From contig DATLSR010000038.1 in assembly GCA_035533995.1 (NCBI GenBank), positions 12,516 to 76,515 of the forward strand: a DNA stretch of 64,000 nt. Direction: 5' to 3'. A program made the translations under genes and the position numbers. Shown here piece by piece: positions 1 through 8,541 of the stretch. The DNA is from Acidimicrobiales bacterium (GTDB lineage Bacteria; Actinomycetota; Acidimicrobiia; Acidimicrobiales; RAAP-2). Numbering within the stretch: the first letter of the stretch is position 1; each line of letters starts with the position of its first letter. The notes beneath the pieces are model-generated. The model was not told the origin of the DNA, searched no databases, and worked only from the letters and a program-made list of their open reading frames with translations.

Positions 1-1
1 T

Positions 2-325
2 ACCGGACTACCAAAGACCGTCGTTATTTCGACGGAACAGATCCGTCAAGCCATTGAAGAGCCCGTGCAAGCCATCGTCGACGCGGTCAAGGTCACCCTG
101 GACCGCACGCCACCAGAACTCTCGTCCGACCTCATGGAGCAGGGCATTGTCCTCACGGGTGGGGGAGCGCTGCTCGCGGGCCTCGCCGCTCGCCTCGAAT
201 ACGAGACCAATATGCCCATCATCTTGGCGAACGATCCCTTGAACTGCGTGGCGCTGGGAAGTGGAATGTGCCTTGAAGAACTTGACGTCTTCGCGCGCAT
301 GTTGAAGACCGCACCTTCGCGTTAG
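2..325 (+). CDS. mreB: Rod shape-determining protein MreB, C-terminal fragment (5' end lies outside the window)
   Basis: The frame is open from position 2. The translation TGLPKTVVISTEQIRQAIEEPVQAIVDAVKVTLDRTPPELSSDLMEQGIVLTGGGALLAGL...DPLNCVALG is a typical MreB C-terminus. mreC and mreD follow directly. Confidence 0.9.
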   Translation, partial: TGLPKTVVISTEQIRQAIEEPVQAIVDAVKVTLDRTPPELSSDLMEQGIVLTGGGALLAGLAARLEYETNMPIILANDPLNCVALGSGMCLEELDVFARMLKTAPSR

Positions 326-335
326 GCGTTAACTC

Positions 336-1154
336 GTGGCCACCGATCGTTCACGGCGTCGTACGTGGACCCTCTCGCTCGCGGTACTCGCGACGATTGC
401 CGTGCTCTATCTGACGACGGGCGTTTCCTCGGGGCTTCGTAGCGGAGCCAATATCGTCGTCACGCCCTTTAGTTGGGCCGTGAACCTCATCGCGCACCCG
501 ATTGGCCACATGCTCGCGGGCACCGTGAACTACAGCGACGTGGTGGCCCAGAACCAGAAACTTCGTTACCAACTGGGCAAGGCCGAAGAGCGGGCCAACG
601 AGGGCTGGGCCTACGCGCGCCAACTCCAACAAGTGACGACCAACCTCGACCTGCCCTTTGTGGGATCACTGCCAACCGTGGCGGTCCAGGTAACCGCGCT
701 CTCGCCGACGAACTTTTCCGCGACGGTGACTATCTCCAAGGGGCAAGACAGCGGGATTTTGGACGGCATGCCGGTGGTGGCCAATGGCGGCCTCGTGGGT
801 CGCGTCATCGCCGCTACGGCGAACAGCGCGACCGTTCGACTGATCACCGACACCGCTTCCTCGGTGGGCGTCACCTTCGGCTCTGGCGCTACGACGATTA
901 TCGTCTCGGGGCGCGGGCTCAATAACGGACTCTCTGCGACGTCGGTGCCACTCGGCACATCGGTCACACCCGGAACAAAACTCGCGACTGATGGTTTGAA
1001 TGGTGGTCTCTACCCGGCGGGGCTGCCGGTGGCGTCGGTGAAGACGGTGACCTTGACTCCCGGCGCGGCGACCTACAACCTCACTTTGAAACCGGCCGCG
1101 AGCTTGCACTACCTGTCCTACCTCGACGTCGTGATTTGGGAACCTGCTGCGTGA
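336..1154 (+). CDS. mreC: Rod shape-determining protein MreC
   Basis: GTG start 10 nt after the mreB stop. It has an N-terminal TM helix, a coiled-coil-like segment (QNQKLRYQLGKAEERANE) and a beta-rich C-terminal part with GMPVVANGGLVGRVI. Its position is between mreB and mreD. Confidence 0.85.
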   Translation: MATDRSRRRTWTLSLAVLATIAVLYLTTGVSSGLRSGANIVVTPFSWAVNLIAHPIGHMLAGTVNYSDVVAQNQKLRYQLGKAEERANEGWAYARQLQQVTTNLDLPFVGSLPTVAVQVTALSPTNFSATVTISKGQDSGILDGMPVVANGGLVGRVIAATANSATVRLITDTASSVGVTFGSGATTIIVSGRGLNNGLSATSVPLGTSVTPGTKLATDGLNGGLYPAGLPVASVKTVTLTPGAATYNLTLKPAASLHYLSYLDVVIWEPAA

Positions 1155-1660
1155 CCAGGTTTCTCGTACCAGTGACGATCGCGACACTCGTCATGGTCGC
1201 CATTCAACTCTCCATCTTCTCGTCACTGCGCTTCGCCGGCGTTGTCGTCATGATCGTCTGGCTCTGGCCCCTGTCGATGGGCCTCGCCGGGCTCACCGCG
1301 CTTTCGTTGTGGTGTGCGTTAGTCGCCGGTGTTTTTTTCGACACGCACGCCACGACCCCTTTCGGGCTCACCGCGCTGGTGGCCCTGCTCCTCGCCTACG
1401 GCGCGTCACGTTTAGGTCGCGAAGGTGTCGGCGACCTTGACTCCGCCGCCTGGTGGGTTACGCCACTGCTCGCTGCGGCCGCCGGATTCGTCGCGCCCGT
1501 GCTCTTCGTTGGCGCGAGTTTCGTCACCTTCAATTTCTCTCTCTGGCGCGACAGTCTCTTTGCGGCCATGGTCGTGAACGCCGTGGCCTTCTTTCTCCTA
1601 GCGCGGCCCATGGCGCGATTAGCGCGGTGGGTGGGCGGCCTTGGTGGTTCGAGGCGGTGA
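1151..1660 (+). CDS. mreD: Rod shape-determining protein MreD (small polytopic membrane protein)
   Basis: The product is hydrophobic with about 5 TM segments and the gene lies directly after mreC. The in-frame GTG at 1151 overlaps the mreC TGA (GTGA); the ORF track starts at TTG 1136. Confidence 0.7.
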   Translation: MTRFLVPVTIATLVMVAIQLSIFSSLRFAGVVVMIVWLWPLSMGLAGLTALSLWCALVAGVFFDTHATTPFGLTALVALLLAYGASRLGREGVGDLDSAAWWVTPLLAAAAGFVAPVLFVGASFVTFNFSLWRDSLFAAMVVNAVAFFLLARPMARLARWVGGLGGSRR

Positions 1661-1791
1661 AGAACTCGTGGCGCGATCGACCCACCGGTTCGTGGTTTTC
1701 ACGACTCTGGCGACCGTGGGTTTCACTGCACCCGTTGCGCGGACGTGGTCGCACGATCAACGAGCCCAAGCCCGTGGGAATTCGCGACCTT

Positions 1792-3795
1792 ATGGCCTCG
1801 CCCGACGAGGTCCAAGCACGCCCCGAACGACGGTGGTTGGTCATCGGCGGCTTCTTCGCCGTGCTCTTTGTTCTCCTCGTCGTGCGCCTCTTTTTCTTAC
1901 AGGTTGTTGACTACAAATCATCCGTCGCTGCGGCCCAGGCGAACGTGCTTCGCGTGACGAACATCCCCGCTACGCGTGGCAGTATCTTTGACCGCGAAGG
2001 GAACCCTCTGGCGACGAACGTCACCACGACCGAGATCCGTCTCTCGAGAGCGGAGTCGACGCTGCACCCTGGGGTCATCGGCTCGCTTTCGTCCTTGACG
2101 GGGCTCAGCGTGAAAAAGATCAACACCGACCTCGCGAACCTGCAGTACAGCCAGTACCAACCGGCGCCCATTTTGGCCAACGCGCCTGCCAAAGTCGTTG
2201 AGTTCATCAAGTTGCACCCGGGCGAGTTTCCGGGCGTCTCGGTTCTTGACGCCTCGACCCGTTCCTACCCCAACGGTGGTCTGCTCGGCGCCCAAGTGCT
2301 CGGTTACGTCGGACCGATCACGCTCCAAGAGATTCTGGCCAACCCTCACCAGGGATATCAACCCGATTCAACGATCGGCAAGTCCGGCATCGAGTCGTAC
2401 TACGAGTCGTACCTTCGTGGAAAAGATGGTTCGAGCACCCTCGAGGTTGGACCTTTCGGGAATGTCTTGAAGGCGAAGAAGACGAAAGAGCCTACGGTCG
2501 GCGACTCGGTCGTACTGAACATTGACACGCCCCTGCAAAAGGCGCTCGATGGGTACCTGGCGCATCAAATCCTGGTCGACCGTCACTCCATTGACCCGGT
2601 CTCGGGCTTAGTGCCCGGAGCGACCAATGGCGCCGCGATCGTGATGAACCCCAACAACGGTGACGTCCTCGCGATGTCGAGTTACCCCACCTTCAACCTC
2701 GAATCGTTCGTCAAGGGTCTGACGAACAGTGAGTATTCAGTGTTGCGCAAAGAGGGCGCGTTTAACAACTTCGCCATCCAAGGTCTCTACACCCCGGGTA
2801 GTACCTTCAAACTCTTTACCGCAACCGCGCAACTACAAACCGGAATACTTTCAGCCAACAAGTTGGTCGACGACACCGGTACGTTCAAAGTACCGGGATG
2901 TCGCCAGGTCGGCACCGGCTCGTGCTTATTTCACGACGACGACAACTCGGCGGCCGGTTTGATCACCTTGCCGAAGGCTCTCACGGTCTCGTCGGACTAT
3001 TACTTTTACAACTTGGGCTATCTCTTCTGGACCCAGCAGAAGCGTTACGGTCAGACGCCCATTCAAAACGTGGCCGCCGAGTACGGCGTCACTCAAACCA
3101 CCAACATCGACCTCCCCAACGAGGTCCAAGGTCGCGTCGACTCACCCGCTGTGCGCAAAGCACTCCACGCGGCTGCGCCCAAGGCCTTTCCATTTGTGAC
3201 GTGGTACACCGGCGACAACCTTGAGATGGCCTTCGGTCAAGGCCTCACCGCGATCTCTCCGATCGCGATGGCCAACGCCTACGCCACCTTCGCCAACGGC
3301 GGCACGCGCTACGCCCCCGAAGTCGCCGCGGCCATCGTGAACCCTCACGGCAAGACCGTCATTCGCTACCAGCCTCGCGTGCTCGGACACGTTTCGCTGC
3401 CGCCGCGTGTTCGCGACCCCATCCTCCAAGGTCTTACCGGCGTCGTTGGCAGTCCCTTGGGCACGGGCTACTCAGCTTTCCAGAGCTATTTTCACTATTC
3501 GCTGTCGTCGTTTCCCATCGCCGGTAAAACCGGTACCGCGAGTGTCGCGAAGGGGCTCGAACCCAACTCGTGGTTCGTTGGCTTTGGGCCGACGAACCAC
3601 CCCAAATACGTGGTCGTGTGCGTGATCGATCAGGGTGGCTACGGCGCCGACGCGGCCGCGCCGGTGGTGGCCGAGACCTTTGACTATCTCGTGGCCCACG
3701 GTGTGCCGGCGCTGAAACTCAAGACGGCCTTGTCGATACCCACGTCAAAGAAGAAGTCCTCGACCACCACCACGACGACGAAGAAGTCAGGCTAG
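1792..3795 (+). CDS. mrdA: Penicillin-binding protein 2 (elongation-specific class B transpeptidase)
   Basis: There is an N-terminal TM anchor (RRWLVIGGFFAVLFVLLVVRLFF). Transpeptidase motifs are STFK (GSTFKLF), SSD in the SxN position, and KTGTA. It follows mreBCD. ATG 1792 is preferred; the alternative GTG 1657 overlaps the mreD stop (GTGA). The ORF-track start at 1453 lies inside mreD. The C-terminus is a Ser/Thr/Lys-rich tail. Confidence 0.85.
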   Translation: MASPDEVQARPERRWLVIGGFFAVLFVLLVVRLFFLQVVDYKSSVAAAQANVLRVTNIPATRGSIFDREGNPLATNVTTTEIRLSRAESTLHPGVIGSLSSLTGLSVKKINTDLANLQYSQYQPAPILANAPAKVVEFIKLHPGEFPGVSVLDASTRSYPNGGLLGAQVLGYVGPITLQEILANPHQGYQPDSTIGKSGIESYYESYLRGKDGSSTLEVGPFGNVLKAKKTKEPTVGDSVVLNIDTPLQKALDGYLAHQILVDRHSIDPVSGLVPGATNGAAIVMNPNNGDVLAMSSYPTFNLESFVKGLTNSEYSVLRKEGAFNNFAIQGLYTPGSTFKLFTATAQLQTGILSANKLVDDTGTFKVPGCRQVGTGSCLFHDDDNSAAGLITLPKALTVSSDYYFYNLGYLFWTQQKRYGQTPIQNVAAEYGVTQTTNIDLPNEVQGRVDSPAVRKALHAAAPKAFPFVTWYTGDNLEMAFGQGLTAISPIAMANAYATFANGGTRYAPEVAAAIVNPHGKTVIRYQPRVLGHVSLPPRVRDPILQGLTGVVGSPLGTGYSAFQSYFHYSLSSFPIAGKTGTASVAKGLEPNSWFVGFGPTNHPKYVVVCVIDQGGYGADAAAPVVAETFDYLVAHGVPALKLKTALSIPTSKKKSSTTTTTTKKSG

Positions 3796-4090
3796 GGCCT
3801 CGGTGGAGTAGCCTTGAGGGGTTGGGCGCTTTGACACATTGGGTGTCAGACGCAAAAGTACGCCGCTGTAACGCAGTGCTCTCACTCCGTTACGCACAGC
3901 ATTGAGGACGAAAAAGTGGTACACGCCAGTGCGCTGCATCTACTAACTATCTTGGCGGTCCTCGTCGTCACGGCCCAACGAGTCTTTACCTCTTTCCAGC
4001 GCGCCGACGTGAGCCTTTCGCCACGTCCGGCGTTTACCCGTGGTGCACCGCACCACGCCCTAACCCCTAAGAACGCAAGGAGTACCCGTC

Positions 4091-5731
4091 GTGAGCGACG
4101 AATCCAACCAACCCGTACCCTCATCGTCTAATCCTCGAATTGGCGATACCCGACCCTCCCCTCAGATAGGCGACACTCGACCGGCTGCTCCGGGGCTTCC
4201 CGCGCCTTCGTCAAATGGCTCCAACGGCGGCGGTGGTAATCGCCGACGCCGAGGTGGCCGGGGTCGCTCCGGCCAAGGTGGTCAGTCCAACCAGTCCAAC
4301 CAAGGCGGGCGCGGAAGTCAGAACAACACCTCGAATCAGGGCAGCCAACGCCGTGTTTCGGAGGCGCCGGTCGAAGCCTCAGCGCCAGAGGGCGTCGGTC
4401 TCGACAGCGCCGAGCGTCAAGGCCGCGGTCGGCGCCGTCGCGGCGGCGAGCGTCGCACGCGCGCCCAGGGCCGCTACCTCATGGCCGTGCACACGACCGA
4501 AGAAGGCACCCACATCGCCACCCTCGAGGGACGTTCAATGGTGGAGTACACGTTGGCGAAGAACGCCGACGAGACGAATCAAATTGACGGCAATATCTAC
4601 GTTGGCCGCATTCAAAACGTGCTGCCCGGTATGGAACTCGCCTTCGTCGACATCGGCATTCCAAAGAACGCGGTGCTCTACAAGGGTGATGTGTCCTACG
4701 ACGGTGAAGACGTTGACGGCGCGCCCACCAACGACAAGCGAATCGAAGAGATGATCAAGGCCGGCCAGACGGTGGTCTGTCAGGTAACGAAGAACGCGAT
4801 CGGCGCCAAGGGTGCGCGACTCACCCAAGAGGTCTCGTTGCCTGGTCGTTTCGCGGTACTCGTGCCGAACTCGTCGACGATTGGTATCTCTAAGCGTCTG
4901 CCCGACGGCGAGCGCCGCCGACTGCGCAAAATTATCGACGAAGTCAAGCCCGAGCGACACGGCATCATCATTCGAACGGCCGCCGAAGGCGTGACGGGCG
5001 AAGAACTTTCGCGCGACGTGAAGTCACTGGTGGAGAAGTGGGCGGCCATTGAGGCCGAAGTCGCTAAGTCCAATCAACCTCGGCTGATTTATCGCGACCT
5101 CGACCTTGCGGTGCGCGTTCTGCGCGAAGAGCTCAACGACGAGTACCGTGCGGTGTTGATCGATGACCGCACGCTCTACGAAAAGGTGCGCGAGTACGTG
5201 ATGGCCGTCAACCCCGAACTGGCCGACCGTATTGAGTACTACGACCGTGACACCGAGGATCTGCCGCTCTTTGAGCGCTACTTCGTCCATGAACAACTCC
5301 ATCGCTCTCTAGATCGCAAGGTCTTCCTGCCCTCTGGTGGATCGCTCATCATCGAACGCACGGAGGCTTTGACGGTCATTGACGTCAACACGGGCAAGAA
5401 CGTGGGTACGAACAATCTCGAAGAGACCGTGTTTCGCAACAACTTAGAAGCAGCCGACGAGGTGGCGCGCCAGCTACGACTTCGCGACATTGGCGGCATT
5501 ATCGTCATCGACTTCATCGACATGGAAATTAAAGCCAACCGCGAGGCCGTCGCGTCGGCGTTGCGCCAGGCACTCTCTCGTGACAAGACCCGCACGCAGG
5601 TCTTTGATATCTCAGAACTGGGGCTCATCGAAATGACGAGGAAGCGCGTGAATGAGGGCCTCTTGGAGTCACTCTCGGTGGTGTGCAGCGTCTGTGAGGG
5701 CCGCGGTTTCATCGTAAAGACTGGTCTCTAA
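4091..5731 (+). CDS. rne: Rne/Rng-family ribonuclease (RNase E/G) with an N-terminal disordered arm of about 130 aa rich in R, G, S, N and Q
   Basis: GTG start preceded by AAGGAG (about 4076-4081). It has an S1 domain (GNIYVGRIQNVLPGMELAFVDIG) and the catalytic-core motif IIVIDFIDM. rplU-rpmA lie downstream, as in actinobacterial rne loci. Confidence 0.85.
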   Translation: MSDESNQPVPSSSNPRIGDTRPSPQIGDTRPAAPGLPAPSSNGSNGGGGNRRRRGGRGRSGQGGQSNQSNQGGRGSQNNTSNQGSQRRVSEAPVEASAPEGVGLDSAERQGRGRRRRGGERRTRAQGRYLMAVHTTEEGTHIATLEGRSMVEYTLAKNADETNQIDGNIYVGRIQNVLPGMELAFVDIGIPKNAVLYKGDVSYDGEDVDGAPTNDKRIEEMIKAGQTVVCQVTKNAIGAKGARLTQEVSLPGRFAVLVPNSSTIGISKRLPDGERRRLRKIIDEVKPERHGIIIRTAAEGVTGEELSRDVKSLVEKWAAIEAEVAKSNQPRLIYRDLDLAVRVLREELNDEYRAVLIDDRTLYEKVREYVMAVNPELADRIEYYDRDTEDLPLFERYFVHEQLHRSLDRKVFLPSGGSLIIERTEALTVIDVNTGKNVGTNNLEETVFRNNLEAADEVARQLRLRDIGGIIVIDFIDMEIKANREAVASALRQALSRDKTRTQVFDISELGLIEMTRKRVNEGLLESLSVVCSVCEGRGFIVKTGL

Positions 5732-6019
5732 GGTCGGTCTCACGAACTGGTCCACGTCGCCGTGGGCCAAAACTGAGGGAAAGCGGTATCTCTCGTACCC
5801 TGCCTACCGGGAGGGGCCACCACGTGGGCGGTCCTTTGGACCGTTCCGGCCATGACGGCGAGGCGCCACGAGTTCGACTTCGTCGTGTTGGTTTTCCCGG
5901 GATGGCTGATTGGTTGGTCGAGCGCCACGATTATGAAGCACCTTTACGGGCGTGACCGTACGCGTCGAGCGTTTTCGAACTCCCTGCGCCTTGGCGTAAT
6001 CCGCTAGTATGGAAACCTT

Positions 6020-6331
6020 ATGTACGCCGTTATCCGAGTAGGCACATCTCAAGAGCGCGTCACCGAGGGCCAAGTGGTCCGCGTTGACTTGCGCTCGGAA
6101 GAGGTGGGGGCCGATATTGAGTTCCAGCCCGTTTTGCTCGTCGACGGCGACCAGGTGACTGCCGGTCCCGCACTGAAGGGCGCCCTCGTAACGGCGAAGA
6201 TCATTGGTGGCGAAAAGGGCCCCAAGATCCGCGCGCTGACCTACAAGGCGAAGTCGATCCAGCGTCGACGCTGGGGCCATCGTCAGCACTACTCAACCGT
6301 CGAAATCACCAAGATTTCAGCGAAGGCCTAA
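6020..6331 (+). CDS. rplU: 50S ribosomal protein L21
   Basis: MYAVIRVGTSQERVTEGQVVRVD..., 103 aa, immediately upstream of rpmA. Confidence 0.95.
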   Translation: MYAVIRVGTSQERVTEGQVVRVDLRSEEVGADIEFQPVLLVDGDQVTAGPALKGALVTAKIIGGEKGPKIRALTYKAKSIQRRRWGHRQHYSTVEITKISAKA

Positions 6332-6340
6332 GGAGATTCG

Positions 6341-6592
6341 ATGTCCAAGACCAAAGGCGGCGGTTCTACTCGTAACGGTCGCGACTCCAACGCTCAGCGC
6401 TTGGGCGTGAAGACCTTCGATGGCACTGCCGTAAAGTCCGGAAGCATCATTGTTCGTCAGCGTGGTACCCAGTTCCATCCCGGCCGCAACGTCGGCATTG
6501 GCAGGGATGACACGCTGTTCGCGCTCGCTGAAGGAACCGTGAAATTCGGTTTTCGTGGCGGCCGGAAACTAGTTGACGTTCTCGCCAACTGA
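6341..6592 (+). CDS. rpmA: 50S ribosomal protein L27
   Basis: [28 protein letters not shown]...[13 protein letters not shown], 83 aa. Confidence 0.95.
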   Translation: MSKTKGGGSTRNGRDSNAQRLGVKTFDGTAVKSGSIIVRQRGTQFHPGRNVGIGRDDTLFALAEGTVKFGFRGGRKLVDVLAN

Positions 6593-6605
6593 GTTTTCCT
6601 CCTAA

Positions 6606-6645
6606 AACAAAGAACCCCCCGGGATTTCCCGGGGGGTTCTTTGTT
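6606..6645. terminator. Bidirectional intrinsic terminator between the convergent rpmA and hup genes
   Basis: Perfect 18-bp inverted repeat aacaaagaaccccccggg / cccggggggttctttgtt around the loop attt. A/T runs flank it on both sides. Confidence 0.8.
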
Positions 6646-6656
6646 GCTAACGAGAA

Positions 6657-6956
6657 CTATGCGCCCTTGACGGCCTTTTTAAAGGTCGAGCCAATGGACA
6701 CCTTGGGGGCCCTAGAGGCCTTGACCTGAATTGCTTCGCCGGTCTGTGGGTTGCGGGCGGTGCGGGCCTTACGCTCTACACGCTCGAACGACAAGAAACC
6801 TGACAGTACGATCTTCTCACCCTTGGAAACGTTGCTAACGACGACGTCCTCAAAGGCCTTAAGAACCTCCGCTACCGTGTTCTTGGTGGCGCCACTTTCG
6901 GCGACAATTGCTTCTACCAACTCGGCCTTGTTCACCGGTCGACTCCTTACGCTCAT
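6657..6956 (-). CDS. hup: Nucleoid-associated DNA-binding protein HU
   Basis: NKAELVEAIVAESGATKNTVAEVLKAFEDVV...GFLSFERVERKARTARNPQTGEAIQVKASRAPK is the canonical HU/IHF fold sequence. The start is ATG 6956 or the in-frame GTG 6935 (giving VNKAEL...). Confidence 0.9.
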   Translation of the reverse strand: MSVRSRPVNKAELVEAIVAESGATKNTVAEVLKAFEDVVVSNVSKGEKIVLSGFLSFERVERKARTARNPQTGEAIQVKASRAPKVSIGSTFKKAVKGA

Positions 6957-7002
6957 TGAAATGGAACTGGGCGTTCCCAGCAACCACCGTCATTTTTACC
7001 GT

Positions 7003-7022
7003 AAAAATGGGGAAAAATGGGG
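7003..7022. repeat. Tandem direct 10-nt repeat aaaaatgggg x2, adjoining the inverted repeat tttttac-c-gtaaaaa (6993-7007), in the hup / aminotransferase divergent promoter region
   Basis: Read directly from the sequence. The A-tracts are phased at 10 bp in an AT-rich gap. Confidence 0.6.
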
Positions 7023-7110
7023 ATATCGTTCTAAGAATTGGCTCTTATTACAGCAATGAATTTTGATAATCCCTGTTCGGGGTGACTTTCAGAGCGCCTT
7101 ATCCCCAGGA

Positions 7111-8505
7111 ATGTCATATTTGAGACTCTACGATGGCCCAGTGACCTATCTCAATCGTGAGAAATTAAGGGAGTTGGTGGCCAAAGAGCGAACCACCTAC
7201 GTGGCGAACCACCCTCGCTCGTTGGCGCTCAGCCAAGCCGCGACGAACCTCTTGGCCGGGGTGCCCATGACATGGATGACCAAGTGGGCCGGCGGCTTCC
7301 CGCTGGGCTTTGAAAGTGCGTTCGGCGCAACGATCAGAGACTTCGACGGTCACGAGCTCGTGGACTTCGCACTCGGCGACACCGGCGCGATGGCCGGTCA
7401 TTCACCAGCGCCGCTGCTGCGCGCCCTCAATGAGCGCGTCGGCGAAAAGGGCGGCGTGACGACCATGTTGCCCAACGAGGACGCGCAGTGGGTCGCGGCT
7501 GAAATGACCCGGCGCTTTGGACTCTCTCGCTGGTCTTTTTCGCTTTCAGCCACTGACGCCAATCGATGGATGTTGCGCTTGGCGCGAATGGTCACTGCTC
7601 GACCGAAGGTCCTCGTCTTTTCGTACTCGTACCATGGCACAGTCGATGAGACTTTCGTCATCGTTGACGACGAAGGTTGGGCCCGTTCGCGCCCGGGCAA
7701 CGTTGCACCGATGGTCGATCCAACGATGACGACACGTGTTGTTGAGTTCAACGACCTCGAGGGGCTCGAGCGCGAGCTGCGCAATGGTGACGTTGCAGCG
7801 GTACTCTGCGAACCGGCGCTGACCAACATTGGCATTGTGCTACCGGAAGACGGATTTTTCGACGCCGTGCGCGAACTCTGTGACGCGACAGGAACGCTTT
7901 TGATACTCGACGAAACGCACACCTTTTCAGCCGGTCCCGGGGGGGCGACTCGACGATTTTCTTTGAAGCCCGACGCGCTCACCATTGGCAAATCGCTCGG
8001 CGGCGGTGTGCCCTGTGGGGCCTTTGGGCTGAGCGAGGAACTGGCGAGTCGTGTGATGGCGGGCGTGAGCGACGGCGCTGATATCGACGACGTCGGTGGG
8101 GTGGGCGGCACGCTCGCGGGTAACGCGTTAAGTCTCGCGGCGATGCGCGCGGTGCTCGGCGAAGTCTTAACCGACGACGCGTTCATCCAAATGGAAAAGT
8201 TGGCCACGACGTTCGCGGAAGGCGTGCAGCGCACGATCGAAGCGAATCACTTGCCGTGGTCGATCACTCAACTTGGTGCGCGCTGTGAGTACCGTTTCGC
8301 GTGGCCCGCGCCGAAGAACGGCGGCGACGCCGCCAAGAGCGCCGACCCACTCCTCGAGGAGTTTCTTCACCTCTATGGCATCAACCGTGGTGTCTTGTTG
8401 ACGCCCTTTCACAACATGGCCTTGATGTGTCCAGCAACAACCTTCGACGACGTGGCACGCCACCAACTCGTTTTCGACGCCGCCGTCATCGAACTACTTC
8501 GCTAA
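7111..8505 (+). CDS. Class-III (glutamate-1-semialdehyde aminomutase-like) PLP-dependent aminotransferase
   Basis: LILDETHTF and the candidate PLP-lysine context TIGKSLGGG, plus overall GSAM-like architecture. ATG 7111 is preferred over the ORF-track start at 7063. The substrate is unknown. Confidence 0.7.
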   Translation: MSYLRLYDGPVTYLNREKLRELVAKERTTYVANHPRSLALSQAATNLLAGVPMTWMTKWAGGFPLGFESAFGATIRDFDGHELVDFALGDTGAMAGHSPAPLLRALNERVGEKGGVTTMLPNEDAQWVAAEMTRRFGLSRWSFSLSATDANRWMLRLARMVTARPKVLVFSYSYHGTVDETFVIVDDEGWARSRPGNVAPMVDPTMTTRVVEFNDLEGLERELRNGDVAAVLCEPALTNIGIVLPEDGFFDAVRELCDATGTLLILDETHTFSAGPGGATRRFSLKPDALTIGKSLGGGVPCGAFGLSEELASRVMAGVSDGADIDDVGGVGGTLAGNALSLAAMRAVLGEVLTDDAFIQMEKLATTFAEGVQRTIEANHLPWSITQLGARCEYRFAWPAPKNGGDAAKSADPLLEEFLHLYGINRGVLLTPFHNMALMCPATTFDDVARHQLVFDAAVIELLR

Positions 8506-8541
8506 AGGGCCCCTCGTTAAGGCGGCCCGTAGGATAGGGGG

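Noticed and set aside
1453-1791. An upstream extension of the PBP2 ORF (start at 1453).
   Set aside because: It overlaps most of the mreD 3' half in another frame and encodes an Arg/Trp-rich non-protein-like sequence. The TM anchor begins just after ATG 1792. GTG 1657 (the GTGA overlap) is kept only as an alternative.
3916-4131. A 71-aa plus-strand ORF (GTG start) with a hydrophobic N-terminus in the rne leader, overlapping the rne start.
   Set aside because: It has no RBS, it overlaps the strongly supported rne start and RBS in another frame, and its second half is Arg/Pro/Thr-rich with no protein-like character. A uORF role cannot be excluded, but the sequence alone does not support it.
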